Origin: Malacoraja senta
Lineage: Eukaryota
Direction of reading: 5' to 3'
DNA length: 64,000 bases
Assembly: GCA_038087875.1 (NCBI GenBank)
Contig: CM075988.1
Coordinates: forward strand, 11,162,001 to 11,226,000
The notes beneath the pieces were generated by a model, which worked only from the letters and a program-made list of their open reading frames with translations, made no database searches and had not been told where the DNA came from. Below are positions 37,630 through 50,844 of the stretch, piece after piece. Each line of letters begins with the position of its first letter. Position 1 is the first letter of the stretch. The translations under genes were made by a program, and so were the position numbers.

Positions 37630-37946
37630 TTTAGTTTAGTTTAGTTTAGTTTAGAAATAGAGGCCCTTCAGCCCACCGAATCCATGTCGACCAACGATCC
37701 CCGCACATTAACACTATCCCACACAGGGACAATTGACATTTTTACCAAGCCAATTAACCTACAAACCTGTATGTCTTTGGAGTGTGAGAGGAAACCAGGG
37801 CACCCGGAGAAAACCCACGCAGGTCACGGGAAGAACGTACAAACACCATACAGACAAGCACCCGTAGTCGGGATTGAACCCGGATCTCGGGCATCTGACT
37901 AAATGTCCTTTAAGGCACCAACTCTACCGCTGCACCATCATGCCGC
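37630..37946 (-). mobile_element. HE1-type SINE with (TTTAG)n tail
   Basis: Tail at 37630-37653, then core and tRNA-like head. Confidence 0.87.
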
Positions 37947-38189
37947 TTTATTTTTCTTGGTTAATGACTTTTCATCGGAAATTAAAATGGAGTTAAGGGA
38001 AAGTATCCAGGTTTTTGATCAATAACAGGTGAGATTAAATGACAAAAAGTTTTTAGCAATTTAGCGTGAAACAGGGTTAGTGAATAGCAAAAGGTCGCTC
38101 TGGAAGAAATGTTAGCGGGAGAAATAATATAAATATCTGAAATCATCCAAAGAAAACTGCACTGAATGTGTAAAGCAGATACAGAGGAA

Positions 38190-38632
38190 ACTGATCAGAT
38201 GTTGTTAAACTCAGCACCGAGTAGATAAGAATGTAAGGAGTATATTTGGGAGAGGTCTTGTTTCTTGCGGTCCAACAATTTCGTAGCAGTGCAGGAGCTT
38301 GAACACATTGAGGTCAAGGTGGGAGTCAGCTTGAATACCAGAGTCATTACAGACAAAAGTGTCCTGCAAAACTGTCACTTAATTTGCAATTGTGTGGAGG
38401 CAAAGATCATGAGCAGCGAATGCAGTTTATTCAAATTGGAATAAGTCTATAAAATTCTGCCACCTGGGGAATTTTTCCCAGCATCTTTAAAGTTGAATTA
38501 TACTTAATTAACCCCAGTTCTGACAAAAGATCATTCAACTGAATCTTTAATTCTGTTTCAATTTTCGTTAATGTTCCCTGATCTGCCAAGAATTCATTCC
38601 TTGCCTTTATTTCAGACTTCTAGTGTCTGCAG
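38190..38632. mobile_element. Old Penelope-like element remnant (minus endonuclease region plus plus-strand terminal unit)
   Basis: gagcagcgaatgcagtttattcaaattgg...cacctgg parallels 39378-39438. Confidence 0.5.
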
Positions 38633-38927
38633 GATGTTTAATTGAATTACATTTGGAGTTGAGTTTCTATTTTTATGTAAGTACCGGTAGGTACAATGGG
38701 TATTTTGGATATTCCAAAATATTCCTCATAGTTCTGAGACCTTGAATACTATTCCTCTGCCAAATGGCCTGGACATTAGGAGATCTCCTTGCTTTTGAAA
38801 TTATCTTGGAGTCAGTTGCACTTTGGAAGCAGATAAATCCAGAGTGTTTTATTTACCTGGAAATAACATTTAAAATGCAATTTGCCCTGGGAAAGATTTT
38901 CAGTGCCGAATGAATTTTGGCATTGCA

Positions 38928-39443
38928 GGTGGACAAAAATGCTGGAGAAACTCAGCGGCTGAGGTAGCATCTTTGGAGCGAAGGAATAAGTGATGTTTCG
39001 GGTCGAGACCCTTCTTCAGACTGATGTGAAGGTGGGGGGGAAGAAGAAAAGAAGAGGCGGAGACAGTAGGCTGTGGGAGAGCTGGGAAGGGGAGGGGAAG
39101 GAGGGAGAAAGCAAGGACAACCTGCAATTGGAGAAGTCAATGTTCATACCGCTGGGGTGTAAACTGCCGAAGCGAAATATGAGGTGCTGCTCCTCCAATT
39201 TGCGGTGGAACTCACTATGGCCATGGAAGAGGCCCAGGACAGAAAGGTTGGATTCGGAATGGGAGGGGGAGTTGAAGTGCTGGGCCACCGGGAGATCAGG
39301 CTGGTTAGGGCGAACCGAGCGGAGGTGTTGGGCGAAGTCTCTGCTTGGTCTCCGATGTAGAGCAGCTGACACCTAGCACAGCAGATGCAATAGATGAGGT
39401 TGGAGGAGGTGCAGGTCAGCCTCTGCTGCACCTGGAAGATCAC
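38928..39443 (-). mobile_element. Penelope-like element 3' fragment: GIY-YIG endonuclease remnant plus terminal repeat with hammerhead-like core
   Basis: TCTSSNLIYCICCARCQLLYIG, then a frameshift into FAQHLRSV...PVAQHFNSPSH...RKLEEQHLIFRFGSLHPSGMN; ctgaagaagggtctcgacccgaaac at 39020-38996. Confidence 0.92.
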
Positions 39444-40639
39444 TACTTATTGGGATAAGCTATTGGGATTGAATTGATTCAAAATTCAATATTTCTGGCA
39501 TGGACATGAGCTGCACAAATTAGGACCTCCTGCTGGTTATATGTCAGGTTCTGATGCCATAGTGTACATGCTCATCAAGAACACCAAGCACGTTGACCCA
39601 TTTCGAGTGAACCGATAACTAGGTGGATCTTTTGCATTTCTGCATTAATATTGTTTCACCGTCTCACTTTTAAGAAAAAAAACCTCAATTGAACTTAACC
39701 ATAGTTCTGTAAGCTTTTACTCAAAACTGAGACATTGCGTCAACTGAGTAACTGTTTACATCATAACATTAAGTCAACTGCATCACAAAATGTACATATG
39801 AATCGGACAGCAGGGCATAGCTTCACCTGGTCTGCAGTTGAAATATTTAAAAAACAGAGACATTTACAGTAGATATCAATCAGCCATTGCTTTTGTCACT
39901 TTGTGAATCTGATATCAGAGAATTTAGTCTGAAGAGATCTGTAAGGCAGTGTTCTCCAGACTAACTTTGTGGTTTCCCCAAACAATATATTTATTTGACA
40001 ACTCAAGATATTGATTCCAATATAGAGATGAATCTTTGGAGACTCATTACTGCTTCATGCACTGCCTGGGTCTGATTCCAAACTCATATTGAACACATTA
40101 GGTACAGTGATGGGTTGCAAAGTTCTTCAATGTTCTTTGACAGGAATCCCATAACATGCAAACCAAACCATCTGATGCCTTTCAATTATCCATTTTAGAA
40201 TCAACACCGTCAAGAGTATTGTGTTACTTACTATCAAATAAGGTCACTGTTACTTCCTTCAATTTGATGTCAGAACATATTTTCTATCAAGACCTTATAG
40301 TGAGTGATGGACACTGAACTGTAACTGCAAGATCACAAATTCCTTCAATGGATGGTGTTCCTTCCACAAAGTAATTCACTGTACTGAATAATCGTTTGAA
40401 AGTCATGAATTATCGGCGAAGGGAGTATTGTTCAGGTGGATGAATATCGAGAGGCTCTACAACGGTGGAAGCGTTACAGCTGGTTCCACCTTTCTCCATG
40501 CCTTCACTTCCAGCAGTGTTCACTGGATAACGCCAAATTCTGTTGTGCTGCAGTAAGTAAGAATTTAATTGTTCTATCTGGGACATATGACAATAAAACA
40601 CTGAGTCACAAGACACTCTTGACTCTTGAATTGATTTAT

Positions 40640-41245
40640 TTCAAGAGGGCTAGAATACAAAAACAGGGATGTAATGATGAGGCTCTATAAGGCGCTGGTT
40701 AGGGCGCATTTGGAGTATTGCGAGCAGTTTTGGGCCCCATATCTGAGGAAGGATGTGCTGCCTCTGGAGAGGGTCCAGAGAAGGTTTACGAGAATGATCC
40801 CAGGAATGAGTGGGTTGACATATGATGAGCGTTTGACGGCACTGGGCCTGTATTCGCTGGAGTTTAGAAGGACGAGAGGCGACCTCATTGAAATTTACCG
40901 AATCGTGAAAGGCCTGGATAGAGTGGATGTGGAGAGGATGTTTGGGAAAGTTTAGGACTAGGGGTCATAGTCTCAGAATTAAAGGACGTTCCTTTAGGGA
41001 AGTGATGAGGAGGAATTCCTTTGGTCAGATGGTGGTGAATCTGTGGAATGCATTGCCACAGAAGGCTGTGGATTCCAAGTCAATGGATATTTTTAAGGCA
41101 GAGATAGATAGATTCTGTGTTAGTACGGATGTCAGCGGTTATGCGGAGATGTCAGGGGTTAGGAGGGAGAGATGGATCATCTGTGATTGAATGGCAGAGT
41201 AGACTTGATGGGCCAAATGGCCCAATTCTTCTCCTATTACTTATC
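40640..41245 (+). mobile_element. CR1 LINE 3' fragment (ORF 40674-40955)
   Basis: LYKALVRAHLEYCEQFWAP motif and 3' UTR; preceded by a Rex1-type tail at about 40540-40630. Confidence 0.9.
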
Positions 41246-41299
41246 AACAAATTGATAAACCAACCTGATCAGCTGTTTCTTGGTCAGCATGGCTCATTG

Positions 41300-41532
41300 A
41301 CTCAGAGTCACAGAGTCATACAGCGTGAAATCCGGTCCTTCGGCCCAACTTGCCCACACCGACCAACATATCTCATCCACATGTCCCACCTGCCAGCATT
41401 TGGCCCATATCCCTCTAAACCTGTCCTATCCATGTATCTGTCATTATTTTTTTTATATTGCGATAGTCCCTGCATTGCAACTACCTCCTCTTGCAGCTCG
41501 TTCCATACTCCCACCGCCCTTTGTGTGAAAGG
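41300..41532 (-). mobile_element. HER1/CR1-type LINE 3' end
   Basis: FTQRAVGVWNELQEEVV motif; reverse complement of the 30300-30548 family. Confidence 0.85.
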
Positions 41533-41871
41533 AGTCAGCACGCTCCTTGGCAGATCGAAGCACAAAACAGTTGTTTGCACACAGAGTATAATTGTGGACA
41601 AGCACACATCTGTCACTTGTAATTTCATCTTGTCCCTCTTTCAAAGGCAGGGATACCTCTGGAGGTGACAGCTGTGCAGTTTTGTTTAGATCATTCCCTG
41701 CACTAAGTGCAGGTGAGAGGCAGTGGCACAGAATTATTTTCTTCAGTTAATCAATACTAAAAGCTTTTAGGTTAATACCATTGACCTTGGAATTCTGTGG
41801 GCACGGGATTGTTCGATGGGTGTCGCTGTGAAACTCCTGATGTAGCAACTGAGGTTATGTTTCCCTCATCC

Positions 41872-42867
41872 ATATTAATGATCTGGATGAGGGAATTGAA
41901 GGCAATATCTCCAAGTTTGCAGATGACAGTAAGCTGGGGGGCAGTGTTAGCTGTGAGGAGGATGCTAGGAGACTGCAAGGTGACTTTGATAGGCTGGGTG
42001 AGTGGGCAAATGTTTGGCAGATGCAGTATAATGTGGAGAAATGTGAGGTTAGCCATTTTGGTGGCAAAAACAGGAAAGCAGACTATTATCTAAATGGTGG
42101 CCGACTAGGAAAAGGGGAGATGCAGCGAAACCTGGGTGTCATGGTACACCAGTCATTGAAAGTAGGCATGCAGGTGCAGCAGGCAGTGAAGAAAGCGAAT
42201 GGTATGTTAGCTTTCATAGCAAAAGGATTTGAGTATAGGAGCAGGGAGGTTCTACTGCAGTTGTACAGGGTCTTGGTGAGACCACACCTGGAGTATTGCG
42301 TACAGTTTTGGTCTCCAAATCTGAGGAAGGACATTATTGCCATAAAGGGAGTGCAGAGAAGGTTCACCAGACTGATTCCTGGGATGTCAGGACTGTCTTA
42401 TGAAGAAAGACTGGATAGACTTGGTTTATACTCTCTAGAATTTAGGAGATTGAGAGGGGATCTTATAGAAACTTACAAAATTCTTAAGGGGTTGGACAGG
42501 CTAGATGCAGGGAGATTGCTCCCGATGTTGGGGAAGTCCAGGACAAGGGGTCACAGCTTAAGGATAAGGGGGAAATCCTTTAAAACTGAAATGTGAAGAA
42601 CTTTTTTCACACAGAGAGTGGTGAATCTCTGGAACTCTCTGCCACAGAGGGTAGTCGAGGCCAGTTCATTGGCTATATTTAAGAGGGAGTTAGATGTGGC
42701 CCTTGTGGCTAAAGGGATCAGAGGGTATGGAGAGAAGGCAGGTATGGGATACTGAGTTGGATGATCAGCCATGATCATATTGAATGGCGGTGCAGGCTCG
42801 AAGGGCCAAATGGCCTCTACACCTGCACCTAATTTCTATGTTTCTATGTTTCTATGTTTCTATGTTT
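41872..42867 (+). mobile_element. Young 5'-truncated CR1 LINE with (TTTCTATG)n tail
   Basis: SKFADDSKLGG at about 41909; ORF 42021-42596 ends at a premature stop; octamer tail at 42833-42867. Confidence 0.95.
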
Positions 42868-43874
42868 GTGGAACTGTGCTGTAATCCCCACATGGGGAGC
42901 ACTGAAAGTGGTTTGAGACCAATTTGGTTCCACAGCCAATGCAAAATACAAATAAATAAACAGAATCATTACTTTGAATCAATGATGATGAAGCAAAGAG
43001 GGGGGGAAAGCATAGTATTTCACAACAGCAGCAGAGTGTACGTGTTGTAAACCTTGAAGCTTAAACTGCAAACTGCTGCTGCTTGGCAGGCAAACTACTT
43101 TGATGTGGAGATTACATAATGACCCTTTACTTCAGGCCAGCTTCCAGCAGCTTCGTCAGGCTGTTTGGAGGATGTAGAAAAGGTTCAGGACATAACTTAT
43201 TGATGCAAAGTCTATCAATTAAAAATATATTTGTGGATAGTTGTTCTGAAATCAAGTCCGTCTATCCATCATTGAAGAGAAAAAGTCCTGATAAATATTT
43301 GCGTAAATAAAAGATGGAAGCACTTCATTTGGTAGTTGAAACTAATTCAACGTTTTATTTGATGTTTCTCTTGTTTCTCTTGTTTCTCCACGGACTTAAG
43401 CTGCAAAGTCAGTGGAAAGTCTTGTTTATACAATTAAAGTGTCTGTTTAGGTTAGTTTCTTGTCATGAGTACCGAGGTACAGTGAAATGCTTTACTTGTG
43501 TGTTGGTACTTGATGACAATCAACCCATCTACAGTGTACAGAGGGTTCCAATTTCAATGCTTTTCTGAGATTTAGGACAGAAATTGATCTTTGTATTATC
43601 AGTGGGAACGCTATCTGTGTACTTGGCTCTTACTAACAAACTGTACCGAGTTTTTCTACAGCAAATCGTAAAGTGGTAGAGGAACTCAATGGGGCAGACA
43701 GCATCTGTGGAGAGAATAGACAGAGGTCATTTTGGGATGTGATCCTCCTTCAGATTGACGACGAGGAGGGCAGATAGCTGGTTGACAGGAGAGGCGGGAG
43801 GAAAGGGTGGGACATGACAAACAAATGACAGATGGATCCAGATAAGGATGTTCCAATCACCCCTGCAATAGTAA

Positions 43875-44082
43875 AAACAAAGAACTGCAGATGTTGGTTA
43901 ATACACAAAAGGATGCAAAGTGCTGGAGTAACTCAGCAAGTCGGGCAGCATTTCGAGAGAACATAGATAGGTGATGTTTTGGGTAGAGACCCTTTTTAAA
44001 GTCTGGAAGAAGGGTCTCAACCCAAAATGTCACCTATCCATGTTCTGCAGAGATGGTGCCTGATCTGCTGAGTTACTCCCAC
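43875..44082. mobile_element. Penelope-derived foldback unit
   Basis: ggagtaactcagca...aacatagataggtga is inverted relative to tcacctatccatgtt...tgctgagttactcc. Confidence 0.75.
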
Positions 44083-44559
44083 AATATCCTTCAATTTCCT
44101 GCATATTCATGTGCCCATCCAAAAGGCTCTTAAATGCCACTATTGTATCTGCCTCCACCACCACCCCAGGCAGCACGTTCCAGTCACTCATCACCCTCTT
44201 GCCCGCACACTCTTTTAAATGTTAAAACTATGTCCTCTAATATTTGATTTTTCCATCCCGTGGGGTGTTAAGGAAGCTTGGTTCTGCTCTGGGAGAGGAA
44301 TTGATTCAGCAGTAGACTGAGTTAACAGGGTTTGAGTTCCATTTCTGTTAACAGCACCAGAACTACTTGTATTTAACAAACAATGAAAATAATTAAATGC
44401 TGGAAGTTTTGTTCCGAAGTTCTGGCAGTTACAGGAAGGTCCACACCAACAAATCCAACTCATCATATCCTATCGCCAGAAACTCCTCTCCAATGTCTCC
44501 TCAAACCTTCTCACCTTCAGATGTCAGCTCTTGCTTCAAGTGTCTTAAGCTTGTGATTA

Positions 44560-45362
44560 AGAAGATATACTTGTCTTCATAGGTCGAGGCATTGAGCCTA
44601 AGAAGTCATGGTACAGCTTTAGAGAACTTGTGTTCGACTGCATTTGGGGTATTGCAAGTACATTACAGGAACAATGTGAAGAGTTTGGAAAGACTGCAGT
44701 AGAGTCTTTATGTGGAATTATGCCTGGATTAGGGGATATTAGGTACAAGGAGAAGTTAGGCAGACTTTGATTATTTTATAAATTCTTGTGATAGGAGCAG
44801 AATTTGGCCAAGCGGACCATCAAGTCTACTCCGCCATTCAATCATGGCTGATCTATCGCTCCCTCCTAGCCCCATTCTCCTGCCTTCTCCACATAACCTC
44901 TGACACCCAAATCAATAATCTATCTATCTCTGCCATAAAAATATCCATTGACCGCAACTCCACAGCTTTCCCAAGACCACCAGAGGTTGAGGGAAGACTT
45001 GATTGAAACATGTTCAATATGAGATGCATAGATTGGATGGACAGTCGGAATATTTCACCCAGTATAGAAAAATCAAATCCTTGAAGGCATGGCTTTAAGG
45101 TGAGAGGCACAAGGTGTAAAGGAGATATGCAGGGCAAGATTTTTACACAGAGGGTGGCGAGTGCCTGAAATGTGCTTCTGGGTGTGGTTGAGGCCGATAT
45201 GAGAGGGACATTTAATATAATTTTGGATGGGCTAATAGGTATGCAGTGAATGGAGGGATATGGATTATGCACAGGCAGTCAAACATTTGTCTTGGCATCA
45301 TGTTCGGCACAGATATAGTGGGCTGAAGGGCCTCTTGTACTGTACCGTTCTATGTTCTTTAT
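44560..45362 (+). mobile_element. Old CR1/HER1 fragment with antisense CR1 3' end nested at about 44788-44970
   Basis: Colinear with the 760-1570 family; the nested piece matches 56570-56740. Confidence 0.75.
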
Positions 45363-45889
45363 GTGAGAATCTGATTGGAAGGCATATGCAAACCATACCG
45401 TTCGTTGTGACTGTAACGCATCAGTAGTGAATGTCCCCTTGAAAACCATCAAAGCCAGCCTGAAGATTCACTTTCCAGTCAAGGTGACACTCTGAATAGT
45501 TGCAGTTTCAAGAAGTTGCTTTGACTCAGTCAGCAGAGGCTACAAATGGAAAATGCAGCTGGCTGGTCTTGAATGACATGGTGGCAGTTCAGATTGTGCT
45601 TGTATCCACTTTGCCTGCAGAATCTTCAAAGGAAACCACAAAACTGTTGAATTTCCCTTGTGATTATTCTGCTGGGGTTTTTTATATGCTAAAAGTGAGG
45701 GTGCGCTGTAAAATGCCTTGAGGGAAAGAAAATTACACCGCTTTGAAATAACTGGGAAAGTCATTGTTATAGATCTGGAGCTTCACGAGAAATAAATTTG
45801 ATGGCCTAAATATGACTGCGTCATTTTAGATTTAATTATCTATTCTGTGCTGAATGTCAGACAGACTTGCTGCCCCTCCCCTTCATCAG

Positions 45890-46105
45890 CCCTCTGGTTG
45901 TCTCCTCCCCTCCCCTAGCCCTCAGGCTCCTCCTCCGCCTTTTTCCTTTTTTCCTTTCTTCTCCACACCCCCTATCAGTCTGAAGAAGGGTTTTGGCCCG
46001 AAACGTTACCTATTTCCTTCGCTCCATAGATGCTGCTGCACCTGCTGAGTTTCTCCAGCATTTTTGTGTACCTTCGATTTTCCAGCATCTGCAGTTCCTT
46101 CTTTA
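45890..46105 (+). mobile_element. Penelope 3' terminal region
   Basis: Pyrimidine-rich leader, then agtctgaagaagggttttggcccgaaacgtt and the standard tail; similar to the reverse complement of 38928-39070. Confidence 0.85.
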
Positions 46106-46642
46106 AGACTTCATAACTATGCAGCCTAACAGGTAAAGCAGTCCTATGCCGGATGTTGCAAAAGTAGGATGAAAGATGACTTTCACCTTCGTTAACAATG
46201 AGTGCACATCAAATTCAAGAGACTACTGTCTCTTGAGCCCAACAGTGGTAAATCCGTTCACGGAATCATCACTTCCATGTTCTGACTAAGGTTGTAAATC
46301 AGTACTGCATTTGTTGTCAGCTGTTTTGCACTTGTGATCAATTCGTGGATCGTGAAAAAGCAGGTTAAGAATACTTAAACTTGCATCTCTCCCAGTAAAT
46401 TGAACAGGATCTGGCCCCATATGGATCATATTTACCTTTGACTTTATAATGCACAGAAATCATAATGTGTTTTTGAAGGTCACCAAGAACATTAGATTTC
46501 TAAACTAGTGCATTTAGTTTCCTCATTTTATGATGCATAGCCACTATTTTTTTTGGTCCTCATTCCATTCACTACTGTTGTTTAAACTAATATTGACAGA
46601 ACTTGATCTCAATTAATATTTTGGTGGATGGTTCAGCAATAA

Positions 46643-46964
46643 ATTAGTTTAGATTAGTTTACAGATACAGCGCGGGAACAGGCCCTTCAGCCCATCGAGT
46701 CTGCAGCACCAGCGATCCCCGTGCATTAACACTATCCTACACACACTAGGGACAATTTACACTTATACCAAGCCAATTAGCCTACAAACCTGTACGCCTT
46801 TAGAGTGTGGGAGGAAACCGAAGATCTCAGAGAAAACCCGTGCGGTCATGGGGAAAATGTACAAACTCTGTCCAGACAGCACCCGTAGTCGGGATCGAAC
46901 CCGGGTCTCTGGCATTTCAAGTGCTCTAAGGGAGAAACTCTTCCGCTGCGCCACCATGCTACCC
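46643..46964 (-). mobile_element. HE1-type SINE
   Basis: Full length; B box gggttcgatcc on the minus strand. Confidence 0.88.
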
Positions 46965-47329
46965 TAATTGCATGAAAATTGCAGTTTCAAGAAGTTCTCC
47001 ACACAAACATCTGAATGAACTTTTAATTTAGTGTTGCAAATAAACCTTGGTTATTGATTTAATAATTTGAATGCAAATAAGTATATCAATAGTAAATCAC
47101 TCAATTTATGTTTTTTTAGTATTTCAATACACTTATCACAATTCAATCAATCATGAATGATTAAGACTATGTAGGACTGTCAGGAGTGCATTGAGGCAAA
47201 TGTAGTGTCTAGCATATCAATTGTTGGACGCCATTTGATGGTATCTATGACATGCTTCACGCCTACAAATCGCAGTCTACAAAGGTTAAATTATAATGAA
47301 AACTAAGTGCCCTTAACTATTTTTTTGTC

Positions 47330-47538
47330 TACTGACATTGATGATTGTGTTTCTTATTTTCTTTTGGTGCTTTTGAAATTGAATTCTGTCCTTGATTTGT
47401 GTACTGTGGTGTTTTTTTATTTAATTTATTCCGATTATGTGTTTTTTTGTTTTGTTGTGATTCTATGCATTGTAAGGTGTCCTTGGGTTTTAGAAAGGCG
47501 CCAGTAAATAAAATGATTATTATTATTATTATTATTAT
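47330..47538 (+). mobile_element. L2-tailed element 3' end with (ATT)n
   Basis: gtaaggtgtccttggg...gaaaggcgcc...aataaaatg(att)n, the same tail as 62570-62640. Confidence 0.75.
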
Positions 47539-48194
47539 GAGCTTCCTTTAATTCTGCCCAGAGAATGTTGGTAGTCAGACCCAGTTTGATCTCTTGGAAC
47601 CCTGGTGAGAGCTTCTTTCTTGGCATATATGCATCTCATTCAGAGATCCTAAGCTTCCTCAAAGAAGCTGCTTAATTAACCATGCTTTCAGGTTTCAGAG
47701 GTTTAAAGAGACATGCAAATTCTCTGCAGTAGTTTTGCCACTGATTCAACGTCTCAAGGATCGAAGTGTGACCAGTAGTTCAAGTAAATAGTAGAGGGAA
47801 GGACTGTTATGAAACGAGTCAAATAGAAACCAGCTATTTCCCATTGAAATGGGATCAGTAGAGTTTATGGAATCACACAACCATGCAAGGGGATGGTTGG
47901 CTGATTATGCATGTCTCTCTTTGCAACCGCTGTCCAATTAGTCGCACTTCTCTGCCCTTTCCCTCTTGTTCTGCAGTTTGTCCCCAATTTGGAAAACTAT
48001 ATCAATGTGATTTGTTGTGTAGGAGCATGCAATTACTTTATCGGAAGCCTGTTGCCGAAAGTTGCTATTCATAACATCTGGTTTTGGTTCAATTTTATTT
48101 TTAAAAACGATTTATGAGGTACATCAATTGTAATGTACTTTTACATTCTGTGAGGGTTAAAACCTACACTTGTGATGTTTTTTGAAAGTTTTTA

Positions 48195-48665
48195 AGTGTG
48201 GCAGATGGGATAGAATTCAGATAGTGAGAAGTAATGCACCTTGGAAAGTCACATTTATGGTGGGACTTGTGGAGTGAATGGTAGGGACTTTGCATTGATG
48301 TTCATGTTATCGGAGCAGAATTGGGCCATTCGGCCCATCAAGTCTACTCCACCATTCAATTATGGCTGATCTATCTTTCCCTCTCAACCCCATTCTCCTG
48401 CCTTCTCCCTATAACCCGTGACACCCAGAGACACTTACAAAGGGAACTGGAAGTCCATAGCCCCCTGAAAGTGAAGACACAGGTGAATCGTGTTGTAAAG
48501 AAGACATTTGATATGCTTTGCCTTAGACCAAGGCATTGAGCATAATCGTTGGGTGTTATGTTGCATGTGTACAAAACATTAGTTAGTCCACACTTGAAAT
48601 ATTAAGCACAGTTTTGGTCACCACATGACAAGAAGAATGTGGTAACAAAAGAAATTCATCAGGCC
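48195..48665 (+). mobile_element. Old CR1 fragment with antisense CR1 tail nested at about 48305-48427
   Basis: YKTLVSPHL-like remnant; nested 3' UTR on the minus strand. Confidence 0.65.
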
Positions 48666-49183
48666 ATTGTAAGTTGTCCCCTGGGAAGTAGGTGAGTGGT
48701 AGAATCTTGGATGAGTTGATGGGAATATGGGGAGAATAAAATATGGGATTAATGTATGATTAGTGTAAATGGGTACTTTATCATTGGTGTAGACTTGGTG
48801 GGCCATTGGACTGGTTTTTTTTTCAAAGTCTATCATGATAATTAAATTCTTCCCTTGTCTCCCATTCCTCATGTCAAGCATACTTATCTACTTCAGCATT
48901 ACACTTGTTGGCAACTTTTTAACCCAGCCCTATACTTTGTGATTCTGTCATGAGCAAACAAAATTGCATGATTAAAATGTTGTCCTCTTGGTGTTTGAAT
49001 GAAGTGTAATTAATTATTGACAAAACTGAAACCAGATTGACTTAGAACTATTTTATGTGAAGATTTATTTTCAAGGAAGTTGACCAAGATATTTAGGAGG
49101 AAACAAAAACCTTAAACTTCAATTTCTTCCTTTCTGAGATTGTGACAATTTCTCCAGGTATTGCAAAAGGCTATATGTGGTTC

Positions 49184-49251
49184 TAAAGCGACTTTGAGTC
49201 CTGAAAAGCGCTATATAAATAAAATGTATTATTATTATTATTATTATTATT
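49184..49251 (+). mobile_element. Tail-only L2 insertion (about 68 bp)
   Basis: Nearly identical to 8047-8106: stem-loop plus (ATT)n. Confidence 0.85.
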
Positions 49252-49464
49252 AAAGTAATAACCTTTTCAGTGAAATTTTCCAGAAAATAAATAACACTGT
49301 CTTCTGATTCAAATCATTGTGGCTAGTTCAAAATGTTATTTGTATGTGAATAAATGTTAAATTTGATTAATGAGCTATTTAAAGCATGGAATATTTTTTA
49401 ACTACAAAATAATATATTCTCTAACAATTTTACTTTATTATGAATTCTGCACCAATTTCTCAAT

Positions 49465-49576
49465 TATCTGCATGATAAATTTGCTTGTCAAAACTGTGTG
49501 CATGTTACTTGGTTACTTAGTGCAAATTGGGGAGAGGCTGCCACAGGCTGTCCATAAACCTGTTGAGAAGGAAGAT
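49465..49576 (+). repeat. 112-bp inverted repeat arm (partner at 51011-51122)
   Basis: Manual alignment shows 7 mismatches and no gaps. Confidence 0.95.
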
Positions 49577-49577
49577 A

Positions 49578-49886
49578 GGTTTAGTTTAGTTTAGAGATGC
49601 AGTGCGCAAACAAGCCCTTCAGCCCTCACACTGACCAGCGATCCCCTCAAATTAACATTACCGTACACACACTAGGGACAATTTTACATTAACACCAAGC
49701 CATTTAACTTACAAAACTGTAAGTCTTTGGAGTGTGGGAGGAAACTAAAGATCTCGGAGAAAACTCATGCAGGTCACGGCGAGAACGTACAAACTCCATA
49801 GAGACAAGCACCCGTAGTCAGGATTGATCCCCGGTCTCTGACGCTGTAAGGAAGTCGCTCTACCGTTACGACACTATGCTGCCACT
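49578..49886 (-). mobile_element. HE1-type SINE
   Basis: (TTTAG)n tail, core and head. Confidence 0.87.
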
Positions 49887-50844
49887 ATTATTAATCATAT
49901 TGCTCTCAATCCATGAAGATACAATTAATGGCTTTTGTGTTAGATGTGTGAGGAGATTTGGAAGGATGGCTGTCCCTCAGTTCTGTGTCCTTTTGTATGA
50001 AGGGACACCTAATCTATATTTATGCTCCTAACTGATAGTAAAATACATGAAGGTTCTTGACCCTGCACCGTGGAGTCATTTTTAACCAGATAAAATACAA
50101 ACCATAATTCAATTGCCTGTTCATGATCTCACACACTGCTGACTACCCCTCCCACTCCCAGCACTGACTCTCAATTACATCATCCATTGGGCTCCATGTC
50201 ATTAACACCTGGCCCCAAATGATGAACTCTAACCTCGCTACCTCCCGTTCTCCCCAGAGGTCTCACACATGATACTGAAATTCCCCCTCAATTCTCAACT
50301 CATGTCCCAGTAGCCCTGATCAACTCAGCCCAACAACCGCTCCGCCGCTCCAAATTAAATTCAAAGCAAGGAGGACTGAGTCGTCCTAAAGATTTCTACC
50401 TCACTTAGATTGTGCAGGTCAAGAACATAGAAACACGGGGAAGTCGCCAGCCAATCAATGGAATTATGGCCAATTGCGTTATAAATCCTTTTGTACGAAA
50501 ATAGCTCAGACTTAAATTTGGCATTTGTCCTAGGTTAAATTCCAAGCTTCTACCACTTAGTTCAACAAAAACTCTGAAAACCTCAGTTCAAATCTTTGAC
50601 TGGGTTCACAAACCTAAAGTCTGAAACCAGTGTAAATATTTACTCTCTGCTAGTCTATTTTGCCTGTGGTCTTTATATTGGTACCTCCTTATAATTTAAT
50701 GCCATCCTCATATGTCAGCACATGGACATGTTTAACATAATCTTTCCTTAATAGCAAGCCCTTGTTTTGATTTGAGTGATAGGTCCAAGAGGGTTTTAAA
50801 TAAGTTGTAGCCCTTCAGTATCCAGTAGCAGTATATTGTTATAT

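Noticed and set aside
47977..48118. Exon after a strong polypyrimidine/AG acceptor
   Set aside because: The frames examined reach stops before a good donor, and the peptides are unrecognisable.
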